Source: Gammaproteobacteria bacterium
GTDB lineage: Bacteria; Pseudomonadota; Gammaproteobacteria; JBCCGL01
Reading direction: 5' to 3'
Assembly: GCA_965277715.1 (NCBI GenBank)
Contig: OZ255836.1
Coordinates: forward strand, 1,280,001-1,344,000
Length of the DNA: 64,000 nucleotides
Shown here piece by piece: positions 17,602 through 29,633 of this stretch. Position 1 is the stretch's first letter. Each line of letters starts with the position of its first letter. Position numbers and translations under genes: made by a program. Under the pieces are notes generated by a model. The model was not told the origin of the DNA. It was given only the letters and a program-made list of their open reading frames with translations, and searched no databases.

Positions 17602-18462
17602 GTGTTAAACAATCAAACACGCTATATACCAAGAGTGCTGTTAGTGGTCGTGTTGCTAGTATCAAGTGGTTGCGCGGTATTGGAAATCACGGATACGCTA
17701 CCCCGCGCCATTCTCAACCAGGACGACCCACAGGTTATTCGCGATGGCGCCCCCACCTTTCTAATCATCATGGACGCACTGGTTGAGGCCGACTCTGAAG
17801 ACAGCGACTACCTGATGTTGGCCTCGCAATTATACGGTACTTACGCCAGCGCCTTTGCGGGTGAAGATGAGGTACGCAGCAAAAAACTGGCACAACGCGC
17901 TTTTGACTATGGCCGCAGAAGCCTGTGCCTCGAACTGGCACAACTCTGTGCAAATATTGATGGTTCATTTGACGATTTCAACAACGCACTACCCCGCACC
18001 AGCGATGAAGAAGAGTTAAACCAGTTATTTGGGTTTAGCCGTGCCTGGGCGACCTGGTTACAGGCCAATTCGAGCGATTGGTCAGCCATTGCACAACTAC
18101 CAAAAATCAAAGCATTGATTCAATACATTCTGCGTATCGATGAGGGTCACGGCCAAGGTGCAGCACACCTCTATATGGGTGTACTGGAATCCCAGCTACC
18201 GCCTGCCCTCGGTGGCAAACCTGAGCTGGCGCGCATGCACTTTGAGCGCGCTATCGCATTGTCCGGGCAGCGCAATTTGTTTGCCAAGGTGCTATTTGCC
18301 GAGAGTTATGCCCGCCTGATATACGAACGGGAACTCCATGATCGATTGCTAAATGAAGTGATCGTGGCCAACCCATATACGGATAAACTGACGCTAATCA
18401 ATACGCTCGCTCAGGAGCGTGCGCACAAACTGCTTGCAGAATCAGAGGCCTATTTCGAGTAA
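17602..18462 (+). CDS. tatT: TRAP transporter T-component (TatT-like lipoprotein)
   Basis: Lipobox SSGC; helical repeat-like protein with PPALGGKPELARMHFERAI and LINTLAQERA motifs; directly upstream of dctP; GTG start at 17602 inferred. Confidence 0.78.
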   Translation: MLNNQTRYIPRVLLVVVLLVSSGCAVLEITDTLPRAILNQDDPQVIRDGAPTFLIIMDALVEADSEDSDYLMLASQLYGTYASAFAGEDEVRSKKLAQRAFDYGRRSLCLELAQLCANIDGSFDDFNNALPRTSDEEELNQLFGFSRAWATWLQANSSDWSAIAQLPKIKALIQYILRIDEGHGQGAAHLYMGVLESQLPPALGGKPELARMHFERAIALSGQRNLFAKVLFAESYARLIYERELHDRLLNEVIVANPYTDKLTLINTLAQERAHKLLAESEAYFE

Positions 18463-18467
18463 CCCCT

Positions 18468-19475
18468 ATGTTTAAATATTTCAAATCATTATTTATCGTA
18501 CTGTCACTAACCGCGTTATCTGCCCCTGTACTGGCAAAAACCTTAAAAATCGCCACCATTGCCCCCAGTGGCACCACCTGGTTCAAGGAGTTCAAGGCGG
18601 CGGGAAAAGAGATTACCGAACAAACCGATGGCCGGGTAAAGCTGAAGTTTTTCCCCGGCGGAATCATGGGCAACGACCAAAGCGTATTGCGGAAGATGCG
18701 CGTTGGACAGCTTCACGGTGGCGCGCTTTCCGGCGGCGCCCTGAACAAATTGTACAATGGTGTGCAAACCTATAGCCTACCATTTCTGTTTAGAAATTAC
18801 GGTGAGGTGGCCCATGTCCGCAACCTTGTCGATCCCGTTGTAAAAAGTGAGCTTGAAAAAAAAGGCCTCGTTGTATTGGGTATTTCACAGGGTGGATTCG
18901 CCCATCTATTTTCAGAAAACCCCATTCACAATATTGACGATTTACAAACGCAGAAAGTATGGATCCCGGAAAATGACAGAATTACTGCACATGCTTTCGA
19001 AAAAACCGGGGTAAACCCAATCCCCCTGCCCATTGCCGATGTCTATACAGGGCTACAAACAGGTTTAATCAATACTGTCGGTGCCAACCCAACCAGTGCT
19101 ATCGCTCTACAGTGGCACACGAAAATTAAGTATATGGTGGAACAACCACTATTATTTATTATGGGGCTAATGGTCGTCGATAAAAAAGTGTTTGATAAGC
19201 TTTCATCTGAAGATCAGGCTATCGTAAAACACGCTGTCGTTAAAGCATTTGTAAAATTGGATGCCAGCAACCAAATCGATGATGAACAGGCAAAGCAAGC
19301 GATGTTAAAAAGTGGTGTAAAGGTCATTACATTAAAAGATGCTGATTTTATGGAGTGGCAATCGATTGGAAAAAATGCTATCAACGAACTGGCGATAAAA
19401 AATATTTACGCCGTTGATTTGCTAAAAAAGGTCGAAGCCAGCCTACACAACTACCGCACCAGCAACGGCAATTAA
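18468..19475 (+). CDS. dctP: TRAP substrate-binding protein (DctP/TatP type)
   Basis: Signal peptide; LKIATIAPSGTTW, FFPGGIMGND, KMRVGQLHGG, DVYTGLQTGLIN. Confidence 0.9.
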   Translation: MFKYFKSLFIVLSLTALSAPVLAKTLKIATIAPSGTTWFKEFKAAGKEITEQTDGRVKLKFFPGGIMGNDQSVLRKMRVGQLHGGALSGGALNKLYNGVQTYSLPFLFRNYGEVAHVRNLVDPVVKSELEKKGLVVLGISQGGFAHLFSENPIHNIDDLQTQKVWIPENDRITAHAFEKTGVNPIPLPIADVYTGLQTGLINTVGANPTSAIALQWHTKIKYMVEQPLLFIMGLMVVDKKVFDKLSSEDQAIVKHAVVKAFVKLDASNQIDDEQAKQAMLKSGVKVITLKDADFMEWQSIGKNAINELAIKNIYAVDLLKKVEASLHNYRTSNGN

Positions 19476-19491
19476 CTCGGGTTATTACAAT

Positions 19492-20004
19492 ATGCCGGGT
19501 GTCCTTAAAAGCCTTCCAAGGTTAGTTTATATCATCGAGTCAGGCCTGTTGATATTGTTATTACTGACGATTATTGGGCTTTCGTTCACCGATATACTGT
19601 TGCGTAATTTTTTTAACAGCGGCCTGACATTTGCGCCACCTGTGGTACGTGCGCTGGTGCTTTGGCTGGGGTTACTGGGCGCTTTGTACGCCACCCGTGA
19701 TAACAAACATATCACTATTGATGTGCTTGCCCGCCTGCTGCCACTAAAAATGCAAACACACGTAAAGGGCTTCACATCACTATTTGCCACTATAGTGTGC
19801 AGTGTGATCGCCTGGCATGGCTTCATATTTGTATATGAAACCCATTTCTATAGCGACACCGTATTCGGCAATACCCCTGCATGGCTTGTGCAATTGGTCA
19901 TTCCTGTTAGTTTTTTATTGATCGGCATTCGCTTTTTGGTTCACGGTCTTAGGTGCTTTTTTGTGCCTGTTCAACCAGAAAAACAACGTGCGAAACAACC
20001 GTGA
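19492..20004 (+). CDS. dctQ: TRAP small permease
   Basis: Four hydrophobic segments, LRNFFN, HITIDVL; lies between dctP and dctM. Confidence 0.85.
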   Translation: MPGVLKSLPRLVYIIESGLLILLLLTIIGLSFTDILLRNFFNSGLTFAPPVVRALVLWLGLLGALYATRDNKHITIDVLARLLPLKMQTHVKGFTSLFATIVCSVIAWHGFIFVYETHFYSDTVFGNTPAWLVQLVIPVSFLLIGIRFLVHGLRCFFVPVQPEKQRAKQP

Positions 20005-21287
20005 TGTCTTTAGCTATAGGTGCGGCATTATTGCTCATGGCCCTGTACGGCACGCCGCTATTTGTCGTGATTGCCGCCAGTGCTATTACAGGGTTTTACC
20101 TTAACGATACCAGCCTGCAAATTATTAGCGTAGAAATATACCGCCTTGCAGAAATGCCGGTACTGTCTGCCATCCCCCTATTCACCTTCGCGGGATTTTT
20201 GCTCGGTGAAGGGCAGGCATCGCAGCGCCTGGTGCGTTTGAGCAATGCCATTATTGGTTGGATGCCTGGCGGCATTGCCATTGTGGCACTGTGCACCTTT
20301 TCCCTGTTCACCGCTTTTACAGGTGCCTCTGGCGTCGCCATTATCGCCCTGGGTGCCTTTTTATTTCCCGCATTAAAAAACGTCGGCTTCGACGACAAAT
20401 TCAACCTGGGTTTAATCACCAGCTCAGGCAGCCTTGGGTTGCTATTTGCACCATCACTGCCATTGATTTTATACGGCGTGGTCGCCCAGCAACTGGCCCT
20501 GGATACACCTGTCAACATCGACGATCTATTTATTGCCGGCATACTCCCCGGCACATTGATGATCGTGACCTTATCTGTTTACGCAATGTGGAAATCACGC
20601 AAACAGCATATTGGCGTTAACCATTTCAGTAGCGCCGAGCTGTTTTTGGCTATACGCGAATCGATCTGGGAGATTCCACTACCCCTAATCGTCTTAGGGG
20701 GCATTTACAGTGGTTTCTTTGCCGTCTCAGAAGCTGCTGCTGTCACCGCTATCTATATATTATTCACCGAGCTGGTGATTCGGCGGGACATATCACCCAG
20801 ACAACTCATTCGGGTTATCAATGAGTCGATGATGTTAGTCGGTGCAATCATCATTATTCTGGGGGTTTCCCTGGCGTCGACAAACTACATGATCGACGCG
20901 GAAATACCCTCTCAACTATTTGAAACAATAAACCAGCACATTTCAAATAAATACGTCTTCTTACTACTACTGACCCTCTTTTTATTAGTGTTGGGCATGA
21001 TGTTGGATATTTTTTCTGCCATTGTACTAATGATCCCCATTATCCTGCCAATCGCAATAGCTTATGAAATTCACCCAATCCACCTGGGCATTTTATTTTT
21101 GGCAAACATGCAGCTCGGATACTTTACGCCGCCTATTGGCATGAACTTATTTATTGCCAGTTACCGTTTTAATCGCCCGGTAATGGAAATTTACCAGGCG
21201 ACCATTCCCTTTTTCTTAATCCTGCTGGTAACAGTACTTACCATCACCTACTGGCCAACGCTCAGTTTGTTGTTCATTGACACATAA
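20004..21287 (+). CDS. dctM: TRAP large permease
   Basis: AIPLFTFAG, GSLGLLFAPSLPLILY, LGYFTPPIGMNLFIA; many TM segments; start overlaps the dctQ stop. Confidence 0.9.
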   Translation: MSLAIGAALLLMALYGTPLFVVIAASAITGFYLNDTSLQIISVEIYRLAEMPVLSAIPLFTFAGFLLGEGQASQRLVRLSNAIIGWMPGGIAIVALCTFSLFTAFTGASGVAIIALGAFLFPALKNVGFDDKFNLGLITSSGSLGLLFAPSLPLILYGVVAQQLALDTPVNIDDLFIAGILPGTLMIVTLSVYAMWKSRKQHIGVNHFSSAELFLAIRESIWEIPLPLIVLGGIYSGFFAVSEAAAVTAIYILFTELVIRRDISPRQLIRVINESMMLVGAIIIILGVSLASTNYMIDAEIPSQLFETINQHISNKYVFLLLLTLFLLVLGMMLDIFSAIVLMIPIILPIAIAYEIHPIHLGILFLANMQLGYFTPPIGMNLFIASYRFNRPVMEIYQATIPFFLILLVTVLTITYWPTLSLLFIDT

Positions 21288-21311
21288 ACCCATCTCGACC
21301 TGACTCCCCTT

Positions 21312-21371
21312 ACCTACATCCTTGCAGGCAAGCGAGTTCCTTTTTGCTACCGCTCCCCGGCAACTGCTCCT
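21312..21371. repeat. Degenerate copy of the 47-bp REP-like repeat
   Basis: CGGCAACTGCTCCT (21358-21371) is identical to the repeat core; CCTACATCCTTGCAGG (~21313-21328) resembles its hairpin half. Confidence 0.5.
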
Positions 21372-21510
21372 CACATTACCCGCATAACCATAGAAGTTAA
21401 CTTGAAACCACTAATCCACCAACTCAAAATCGACAACATACTGGAACAAATTGCACAAATACCCCATAACCTCCTTTATAATCACTATCATTTTTAATGG
21501 TTTGTAAAAG

Positions 21511-22815
21511 ATGTCCGTATCACCCTCCCCATTACCTTCATACGGCCAACAAAAACTCAAAATAGCAATAATCGGACTAGGCTATGTCGGCCTACCACTG
21601 GCCATTGAATTTGGAAAAAAAATTGAAACAATCGGTTTCGATATCAATAACCAGCGCATCGCTGAACTAAACGACGGCATCGATTCAACCTTAGAAGTAG
21701 AAGCAGAGGCACTAACCGCAGCCAACCACCTCACCTACACAGACAACCCGGACAACATCAAATCGGCCAACGTATACATCATTACCGTACCAACCCCTAT
21801 CGACAAACATAAACACCCAGACTTTAACCCTTTAATTTCAGCAAGTCGCCTGGTTGGCAAAGCATTGCAACCCAACGATGTCGTTATCTACGAATCGACT
21901 GTTTACCCAGGCGCAACGGAAGAAATCTGCATCCCCGAACTGGCAACACATTCAGGCTTAATATTTAATACTGACTTTTATGCAGGCTACAGCCCGGAAA
22001 GAATTAACCCAGGCGATAAACAACACCGGGTTAGCAGTATTCTCAAAGTCACATCCGGTTCAACCCCTGCGGTGGCTGAATTTGTCGATGCACTCTATAG
22101 GGAAGTGATTACTGCAGGCACTCACAAAACCAACTCGATTCGCGCTGCCGAAGCAGCCAAAGTCATCGAAAACACCCAACGCGACGTCAATATCGCATTA
22201 ATCAATGAGCTGGCGCTCATCTTTAACAAACTGGACATCGATACACATGAAGTCCTGGAAGCGGCGGGCACGAAATGGAACTTTTTACCCTTCAAACCCG
22301 GTCTGGTTGGTGGGCACTGTATCGGTGTAGACCCCTATTACCTAACGCACAAAGCCCAGCAAATTGGTTACCACCCCCGCATTATTCTCGCGGGCAGAGA
22401 AGTCAATGATGCCATGGGCGCCTATGTGGCCGAACAGGTAGTCAAACTCATGACCCGCAAAAAAATCCATGTAATTGGTGCATCTGTTTTGATACTGGGA
22501 TTCACCTTTAAAGAAAACTGCCCGGATGCGAGAAACACACGGGTGATCGACATCATCCATGAGCTTGAGCAGTATAACGCCGTAGTGGAAGTCTATGATC
22601 CCTGCTTCAACGCTGAAGAGGCTATTCGCGAATATTCGATCAAAGTAACTGAAACACTGCACGAAGACCAATACGATGCGGTTATCGTTTGTGTCGGCCA
22701 CGATGCGTTTCAGAAAATGGATACTGGCTACCTGCGCTCACTCGGCAGACAGAATAGCGTGCTATACGACGTAAAGGGTATATACCCAAAAGACCAGGTC
22801 GATGGTCGGCTTTAG
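21511..22815 (+). CDS. tviB: UDP-N-acetylhexosamine C6 dehydrogenase (TviB/WbpO family)
   Basis: [61 protein letters not shown]. Confidence 0.85.
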   Translation: MSVSPSPLPSYGQQKLKIAIIGLGYVGLPLAIEFGKKIETIGFDINNQRIAELNDGIDSTLEVEAEALTAANHLTYTDNPDNIKSANVYIITVPTPIDKHKHPDFNPLISASRLVGKALQPNDVVIYESTVYPGATEEICIPELATHSGLIFNTDFYAGYSPERINPGDKQHRVSSILKVTSGSTPAVAEFVDALYREVITAGTHKTNSIRAAEAAKVIENTQRDVNIALINELALIFNKLDIDTHEVLEAAGTKWNFLPFKPGLVGGHCIGVDPYYLTHKAQQIGYHPRIILAGREVNDAMGAYVAEQVVKLMTRKKIHVIGASVLILGFTFKENCPDARNTRVIDIIHELEQYNAVVEVYDPCFNAEEAIREYSIKVTETLHEDQYDAVIVCVGHDAFQKMDTGYLRSLGRQNSVLYDVKGIYPKDQVDGRL

Positions 22816-22884
22816 CGTAATCGGGATGAAAAATAGCTGCACTTTCACAGCATCAATTTTAGATCTCTCCAGGAAACACATTAA

Positions 22885-23892
22885 ATGAAGGTACTAATTA
22901 CCGGCTCAGCCGGGTTTATTGGTTCGACACTCGCAATCAAACTGCTGGAACGCGGCGACCAAGTGGTTGGCATCGATAACATCAACGACTATTACGATGT
23001 AAACCTCAAGCAGGCCCGGCTTGCACGCGTTAAAGCCTATGAGGGGTTTACAGAAATCAAAGCAGGTATTGAAGACCGGGAGGCAATGGAACGTGTGTTT
23101 AGTCAACACAAACCACAGCGCGTGGTGAATCTGGCAGCGCAAGCCGGTGTTCGTTACTCATTAAGTAATCCACACGCCTACATTGAATCCAATATTGTCG
23201 GCTTTATGAATGTACTCGAGTGCTGTCGGCACAACCAGGTTGAACACTTGGTGTACGCATCGAGCAGCTCGGTTTACGGCGCCAACACCACTATGCCGTT
23301 TTCAGTACATAATAATGTGGATCACCCATTGAGCTTATACGCCGCGAGCAAAAAATCCAACGAGCTAATGGCGCATACTTATAGCCATTTATACCAGCTA
23401 CCCACCACCGGGCTACGGTTTTTCACGGTATACGGACCGTGGGGAAGACCCGATATGGCTTTATTTATGTTTACCAAAAACATCTTGCAGGGCAAACCCA
23501 TTGACGTATTTAACTACGGCAACCACCGTCGCGATTTCACGTTTATCGATGATATTGTCGAAGGTGTTACGCGTACGCTGGATAGCGTTGCAATACCCAA
23601 TCAGCGTTGGCAGGGCGATAATCCCGATACTGCTACCAGCCTTGCGCCTTACAGGCTCTATAATATAGGCAACAACTCACCTGTTGAACTGATGCACTAT
23701 ATCGAGGTACTGGAAGGTTGTTTGGGTAAAAAAGCGGAAAAAAATTTATTGCCACTACAGGCCGGGGACGTGCCCGACACCTACGCTGATGTCCAGAGCC
23801 TGGTGAACGATGTAGGGTATAAACCCAACACCAGTGTCGAAGTCGGCATTGCGCGTTTTGTCGATTGGTATAAAGATTATTACCAGGTGTAA
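22885..23892 (+). CDS. NAD-dependent nucleotide-sugar epimerase (UDP-glucuronate 4-epimerase/CapI-like)
   Basis: [47 protein letters not shown]. Confidence 0.88.
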   Translation: MKVLITGSAGFIGSTLAIKLLERGDQVVGIDNINDYYDVNLKQARLARVKAYEGFTEIKAGIEDREAMERVFSQHKPQRVVNLAAQAGVRYSLSNPHAYIESNIVGFMNVLECCRHNQVEHLVYASSSSVYGANTTMPFSVHNNVDHPLSLYAASKKSNELMAHTYSHLYQLPTTGLRFFTVYGPWGRPDMALFMFTKNILQGKPIDVFNYGNHRRDFTFIDDIVEGVTRTLDSVAIPNQRWQGDNPDTATSLAPYRLYNIGNNSPVELMHYIEVLEGCLGKKAEKNLLPLQAGDVPDTYADVQSLVNDVGYKPNTSVEVGIARFVDWYKDYYQV

Positions 23893-23994
23893 GTCTGTAT
23901 CGATACGTTTCAACACTGCATTAAGTTTCGGTCACAGCATCAGCCACGCTACTGATAGTTTATTGACATTACCTTAATATCTATAGAGGACACA

Positions 23995-24468
23995 GTGCCC
24001 AATATTATTTGGAAACCCCATGCGACAGTTGCAGCATTGATCGAAAGAGACGACTATTTTTTATTAGTCGAAGAAATCTGCGCCGGTAAACCCGTTTTCA
24101 ATCAGCCCGCCGGGCACCTTGAAGACAATGAAAGCCTGCAATGCGCAGTGGTTCGGGAAGTGCTTGAAGAAACCACGCGGGTGTTCTGCCCTGAGGCCTT
24201 AGTAGGTTATTACCGGTGGCGTGATCCTGAGAAAAACCGCACGCATATGCGCATGGCTTTTTGTGGCACTGTCGGCGAAGAAAATACTGCGTTATCACTG
24301 GATGAAGATATTGTCGCCGCCCATTGGCTAAGCTACCGGGAAATTGCCAGACACAAGGCCCTGCGCAGCCCGTTGGTATTGCGGTGTATTGACGACTACC
24401 GGGCCGGCAGGCGCTTTCCGCTCGATTTTGCCTGTGATGTATTTACCCCGACAATCAACCATAGCTGA
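23995..24468 (+). CDS. nudJ: Nudix hydrolase NudJ-like
   Basis: WKPHATVAA, NQPAGHLE, Nudix box REVLEET, LRSPLV; conserved position upstream of mnmA. Confidence 0.8.
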   Translation: MPNIIWKPHATVAALIERDDYFLLVEEICAGKPVFNQPAGHLEDNESLQCAVVREVLEETTRVFCPEALVGYYRWRDPEKNRTHMRMAFCGTVGEENTALSLDEDIVAAHWLSYREIARHKALRSPLVLRCIDDYRAGRRFPLDFACDVFTPTINHS

Positions 24469-24489
24469 TTATTAGCCGTAATGATGTAG

Positions 24490-25569
24490 ATGAATAACAG
24501 TGCAACCCATGTCATTGTCGGTATGTCAGGCGGGGTCGACTCCTCTGTGGCCGCCCTGTTACTTTTGCAACAGGGCTACCGGGTTGCAGGCTTATTCATG
24601 CAAAACTGGGAGGAAGAAGACGACGATCAATGTACTGCTATTCAGGATTACCGCGACGCAGCCGGTGTGTGCCAGCGCCTGGGCATTCAATTGCATACTG
24701 TCAATTTTTCCGGTGATTACTGGGATCGCGTTTTCAGCCATTTCTTACAGGAATACCAGGCGGGGCGAACCCCAAACCCGGACGTTATGTGCAATAAGGA
24801 AATCAAATTTAACGCTTTTTTAGAATACGCGAAAACACTCGGTGCCGATTACATCGCGACCGGACACTATGCGCAGTGCAAACAAACGCGTGATGGCATA
24901 CAGTTATTGCGTGGCCTCGATGCCAATAAAGACCAAACCTATTTCCTCTACACACTGGGCCAATCACAATTAAAGCATACGCTGTTCCCTATTGGTGAGC
25001 TGAGTAAATCACATGTGCGTGTATTGGCGCAGGAAGCAAAATTCCACAACCACAGAAAAAAGGACAGCACGGGCATCTGTTTTATCGGTGAACGAAAGTT
25101 CACTACTTTTCTGGCCAATTATTTACCCGCACAGCCCGGTAGCATTATCAGTGATACAGGCGAGGTATTGGGTGAGCACCAGGGTCTGATGTTTCATACG
25201 CTGGGCCAGCGTCAGGGCTTAGGTATTGGTGGGCGCCGGAAGAGTGGTGGTGAACCGTGGTATGTCATCGATAAATGCCTTGATAGCAATCACTTAATTG
25301 TCGCTCAAGGCCACAACCACCCGCGCTTATTCAAAACCGGCTTAAAGGCAAGCCAGTTACACTGGTGTAATGCGGTGCCCAACACGGTGTTTACCTGCAC
25401 AGCGAAAGTACGCTACCGCCAGGAAGATCAAGCGTGCACCGTTTCATTAAACGCAGACCACACCAGCGTCGATGTCAGTTTTGAACAATCCGTTCGTGCG
25501 ATAACCCCAGGCCAGTCTATTGTTTTTTATCAGCGTGAAGTGTGCCTTGGTGGCGGGATCATCGAATGA
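24490..25569 (+). CDS. mnmA: tRNA 2-thiouridine(34) synthase
   Basis: [50 protein letters not shown]. Confidence 0.96.
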   Translation: MNNSATHVIVGMSGGVDSSVAALLLLQQGYRVAGLFMQNWEEEDDDQCTAIQDYRDAAGVCQRLGIQLHTVNFSGDYWDRVFSHFLQEYQAGRTPNPDVMCNKEIKFNAFLEYAKTLGADYIATGHYAQCKQTRDGIQLLRGLDANKDQTYFLYTLGQSQLKHTLFPIGELSKSHVRVLAQEAKFHNHRKKDSTGICFIGERKFTTFLANYLPAQPGSIISDTGEVLGEHQGLMFHTLGQRQGLGIGGRRKSGGEPWYVIDKCLDSNHLIVAQGHNHPRLFKTGLKASQLHWCNAVPNTVFTCTAKVRYRQEDQACTVSLNADHTSVDVSFEQSVRAITPGQSIVFYQREVCLGGGIIE

Positions 25570-26210
25570 ATAAAGCTATTTACCAACAGGTTATCGCCTT
25601 TGCGGGTGTGTTTCAGGCGGCAGACCACGTTAAACAAACAGCCTGGAAAGGCTATCGGGAATCAACCGCCAGCACGGCATTACTGCACTCTATATTCAAA
25701 ATAGACGCCGATTCAGTAGCCGATATCTATGGTGGCATTAGCGCTGTACACGAGGGCTTAACACGTTTAATGGAACAGTTGGGTGATGGTGTGCAGGAAC
25801 GCGATATAGACGTATCGCGTTACACTGCACAATTGCTGGCACTGCAATCAAAGCTTGTAAAAAACATGCAGGCTATGCAACAGATCCAGGAAGGTATTTT
25901 ACAGGCCAAACAACAATGCACGCTTTTTGGCATTCAACACCCCAACACCATTGCCCGTTTATCGACCGTTTACACTGACAATATCAGCCCGCTATCACCA
26001 CGTATTATGGTCAACGGCGACCCCTCACATTTAAACAATAATGCGACAGCCAGCACTATTCGCGCTGTACTATTGGCGGGGATACGCTCTGCTGTTCTGT
26101 GGCGACAAAGCGGTGGATCGAGGCTGAAGCTACTGTTTAACCGCAGTCACTACTTGCGCTGCGCTGAATCTGTACTTGAAGAGATTGAGCAAAATAATAC
26201 AAATGGATAA
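25566..26210 (+). CDS. hflD: High-frequency lysogenization protein HflD
   Basis: [40 protein letters not shown]; ATGA overlap with the mnmA stop. Confidence 0.9.
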   Translation: MNKAIYQQVIAFAGVFQAADHVKQTAWKGYRESTASTALLHSIFKIDADSVADIYGGISAVHEGLTRLMEQLGDGVQERDIDVSRYTAQLLALQSKLVKNMQAMQQIQEGILQAKQQCTLFGIQHPNTIARLSTVYTDNISPLSPRIMVNGDPSHLNNNATASTIRAVLLAGIRSAVLWRQSGGSRLKLLFNRSHYLRCAESVLEEIEQNNTNG

Positions 26211-26211
26211 C

Positions 26212-26239
26212 TACCGGGGTGAAGTACCTCACCCCGGTA
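26212..26239. terminator. Hairpin between convergent hflD and acnB (likely bidirectional terminator)
   Basis: TACCGGGGTGA-6nt-TCACCCCGGTA. Confidence 0.65.
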
Positions 26240-26255
26240 TTTAGGCGACACCCGG

Positions 26256-28850
26256 TTAAGCCGCTACAATTGGTATAATCTTCGCTGCCTCTTTCTGGTA
26301 AGACTCAATTTGGTCAAAATTCATGTAACGGTAAATATCATCGGCCATTGAATTAATTTCACGGGCTATTTCCATATATTCGTCGACCGTTGGTAATTTG
26401 CCCAGCATAGCGGATACCGAGGCCAGCTCTGCCGATGACAAATAGACATTCGCCCCAGCACCGAGTCGGTTAGGAAAATTTCGGGTAGAGGTGGAGACAA
26501 CCGTTGCATTATCACGCACACGTGCCTGGTTACCCATGCATAACGAACAGCCCGGCATTTCAGTGCGCGCACCGACGCGGCCAAAAATACCGTAATACCC
26601 CTCTTGGATGAGTAAGTGTTCGTCCATGCGGGTTGGCGGCACGATCCATAGGCGAGTCGGCAAATCGTGCTTGCCATCGAGCAGTTTTCCCGCTGCGCGA
26701 AAGTGGCCAATATTGGTCATGCAGGAGCCGATAAACACTTCATCAATGGTGTCGCCCTGTACCGCCGACAGTGGCTTTATATCATCGGGGTCATTTGGGC
26801 AGGCAAGCAACGGCTCTTTGACATCGGCCAAATCGATGTCGATTATCGCGGCATACTCGGCATCGGCATCGGCTGCCATCAATTGCGGGTCTTGCAGCCA
26901 TTGTTCCATCGAGGCTATGCGCCGTTCAATCGTGCGCCGGTCTTCGTAACCATTGGCAATCATCCATTTAAGCAGGGTTATGTTGCTGTTTAAGTACTCG
27001 ATGATGGGAGCTTTATCCAGCTTCACAGTACACCCGGCAGCGGAGCGCTCTGCCGAGGCATCTGACAGTTCAAAAGCCTGTTCCACTTTTAAGTCGGGCA
27101 ACCCTTCAATTTCCAAAATCCGCCCGGAGAAAATATTCTTTTTACCGGATTTTTCCACCGTTAGCAGTCCCTGCTGGATGGCGTAATAAGGGATAGCGTT
27201 AACCAGGTCACGCAGTGTAATACCGGGATTCAATTCGCCTTTAAACCGCACCAATACCGACTCTGGCATATCGAGTGGCATCACCCCGGTTGCGGCGGCA
27301 AATGCCACCAGACCAGAACCCGCTGGAAAACTGATGCCCAGTGGAAAACGTGTATGCGAATCTCCACCTGTACCGACAGTGTCTGGCATCAGCATACGGT
27401 TGAGCCAGGAGTGAATAATGCCATCGCCAGGGCGCAACGAGACACCGCCCCGACTGGAAATAAAATCGGGTAGCGTATGGTGTGTCTCCACGTCAACCGG
27501 CTTTGGGTAAGCGGCGGTATGGCAAAACGATTGCATCACCAGATCGGTGGAAAAACCAAGGCACGCCAGGTCTTTCAACTCATCGCGTGTCATCGGGCCG
27601 GTGGTGTCCTGCGACCCCACTGTCGTCATTTTTGGCTCACAATATGTGCCAGAACGAACACCTGCCACACCGCAGGCTTTACCCACCATTTTTTGCGCCA
27701 GCGTAAACCCTTTATCAGAGGCCTGCGCCGAGATAGGCAGGCGAAACACATCACAAAGACCAAGCCCCAGCGCTTCGCGTGCACGGCCAGTCAACCCCCG
27801 ACCAATAATCAACGGAATACGCCCCCCTGCTCTCACTTCATCGAGCAGTACATCGGTTTTTAAGCTGAATGTGGTAATCTCCTCACCACTGTCTGCCCGC
27901 TTTACCACACCTTGATAGGGGTAGATTTCGATCACATCCCCCATCGATAAGCCCGATACATCCATTTCCAATGGTAATGCGCCGGCATCTTCCATCGTAT
28001 TAAAAAAGATCGGCGCTATTTTCTCGCCGATGCAAAAACCACCCGCACGTTTATTCGGCACATAGGGAATGTCCTGACCCATATGCCATAACACCGAATT
28101 GGTCGCTGATTTGCGTGATGACCCAGTGCCCACAACATTGCCTACATAAACCAGCGGGTGGCCTTTTTGTTTGAGATCTTGAATCAATTTAATGGGGCCA
28201 AGTTTGCCGGGCTCATCAGGTTCGATACCAGCGCGGGCCATTTTCAACATGGCGTTGGCATGCAAAGGAATATCAGGGCGTGACCAGGCATCGGGCGCGG
28301 GCGATAAATCGTCAGTATTGGTTTCACCAGACACTTTAAACACGGTGAGGGTGATTTTTTCTGACACATCAGGCTTACAGGTAAACCACTCCGCATTTGC
28401 CCAGGATTCCATCACCGCTTTAGCGTGGGCATTGCCGTTGTCCATTTTATCTTTTACATCGTGAAATGAATCAAACATCAGCAATGTATGTTTCAATGCT
28501 TCAGCGGCGGTATTCGCTAACCCGGCATCGTCAAGCAAGTCAATCAGTGGTTGGATGTTATAGCCACCCAGCATAGTGCCTAACAAATGTGTTGCCTGTT
28601 GGCGATTAAGTGAGTCACAATCGACAACACCTTTGGCGACATCGGCAAGAAATGCGGCCTTAACGTAGGCAGCCTGATCAACGCCCGGCGGCACACAGTT
28701 GCTAAGTAAATCCAGCAGTTGTGATGCCTCGCTTGCCGATGGTTGTTTCAATAGCTCGACCAATGCAGCGGTCTGTTCAACATTAAGTGGCAAAGCTGGC
28801 ACGTTTTCAGCGGCGCGTTCTTGGTGGTGTTTCTGGTATTCGTCTAGCAC
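26256..28850 (-). CDS. acnB: Aconitate hydratase B
   Basis: [61 protein letters not shown]. Confidence 0.97.
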   Translation of the reverse strand: MLDEYQKHHQERAAENVPALPLNVEQTAALVELLKQPSASEASQLLDLLSNCVPPGVDQAAYVKAAFLADVAKGVVDCDSLNRQQATHLLGTMLGGYNIQPLIDLLDDAGLANTAAEALKHTLLMFDSFHDVKDKMDNGNAHAKAVMESWANAEWFTCKPDVSEKITLTVFKVSGETNTDDLSPAPDAWSRPDIPLHANAMLKMARAGIEPDEPGKLGPIKLIQDLKQKGHPLVYVGNVVGTGSSRKSATNSVLWHMGQDIPYVPNKRAGGFCIGEKIAPIFFNTMEDAGALPLEMDVSGLSMGDVIEIYPYQGVVKRADSGEEITTFSLKTDVLLDEVRAGGRIPLIIGRGLTGRAREALGLGLCDVFRLPISAQASDKGFTLAQKMVGKACGVAGVRSGTYCEPKMTTVGSQDTTGPMTRDELKDLACLGFSTDLVMQSFCHTAAYPKPVDVETHHTLPDFISSRGGVSLRPGDGIIHSWLNRMLMPDTVGTGGDSHTRFPLGISFPAGSGLVAFAAATGVMPLDMPESVLVRFKGELNPGITLRDLVNAIPYYAIQQGLLTVEKSGKKNIFSGRILEIEGLPDLKVEQAFELSDASAERSAAGCTVKLDKAPIIEYLNSNITLLKWMIANGYEDRRTIERRIASMEQWLQDPQLMAADADAEYAAIIDIDLADVKEPLLACPNDPDDIKPLSAVQGDTIDEVFIGSCMTNIGHFRAAGKLLDGKHDLPTRLWIVPPTRMDEHLLIQEGYYGIFGRVGARTEMPGCSLCMGNQARVRDNATVVSTSTRNFPNRLGAGANVYLSSAELASVSAMLGKLPTVDEYMEIAREINSMADDIYRYMNFDQIESYQKEAAKIIPIVAA

Positions 28851-28991
28851 TATAGTAATCTCCGCTCGTGAACAGAATCCTTCCTGACCTATAAATGAGT
28901 GATGGGGTTTAAGCCAAATTAATTAAGGGTATTTTAGTTGATTGGTGAACTTTTCACCATCTATCGGTATCCCCCGCCTGCACATATCACT

Positions 28992-29612
28992 TCAGGCTGA
29001 TACCACCTCAAGCACCTCTATTCCCCCACGGTACATCATATCAATCGACACCCAGGCGATAATCGCAACGCCAACATAACCAATCCAGTCGTATTTATCC
29101 ATTATATTGGCAATGGCACTGGCTGCCACTGCCATCAATAAAATCGACAAAGCCAGGCCAAACACCAACATAGACGTGGAACCATGCGCAGCACCGGCCA
29201 CTGCCAATACATTATCGAGCGACATAGTGGCATCAGATATGACAATAAGCACTATCGCAGACGTTAGTGACACCGGACGTTTTTCACTCAAACCACTCGC
29301 TTCCTGAGCACTTGTACGCACCTCGCGATACAGCTTATAGGCAACCCAGGCCAGCAGCGCTCCGCCAATAAACAATAAACCGGTTATTTTTAGCAGGTAT
29401 AAGACAATCAGGGAAAATAAAATACGCAAAACGGTCGCGACCACGATGCCAATCACAATGGCTTGCCGACGCTGTTTGGGCGGCAAACGCCCTGCCGCCA
29501 TGCCAATCACCAGTGCATTATCACCTGATAGCACTAAATCAATGCCGATAATGGTGAGAAACGGAATCCATGCAAATTCGTTAATAAAGCTGGTAAAAAA
29601 TGATTCAATCAT
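28992..29612 (-). CDS. TerC-family membrane protein (YjbE-like)
   Basis: DLVLSGDNALVI and SDATMSLDNVLAVAGAA motifs. Confidence 0.85.
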   Translation of the reverse strand: MIESFFTSFINEFAWIPFLTIIGIDLVLSGDNALVIGMAAGRLPPKQRRQAIVIGIVVATVLRILFSLIVLYLLKITGLLFIGGALLAWVAYKLYREVRTSAQEASGLSEKRPVSLTSAIVLIVISDATMSLDNVLAVAGAAHGSTSMLVFGLALSILLMAVAASAIANIMDKYDWIGYVGVAIIAWVSIDMMYRGGIEVLEVVSA

Positions 29613-29633
29613 TTGCGGTTTCCAGTAGTGTTA

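Noticed and set aside
17602-17620. Third PuuR-like site GTGTT-N9-AACAC
   Set aside because: The spacer is one base shorter than in the other two sites and it overlaps the likely tatT start codon; may be chance.
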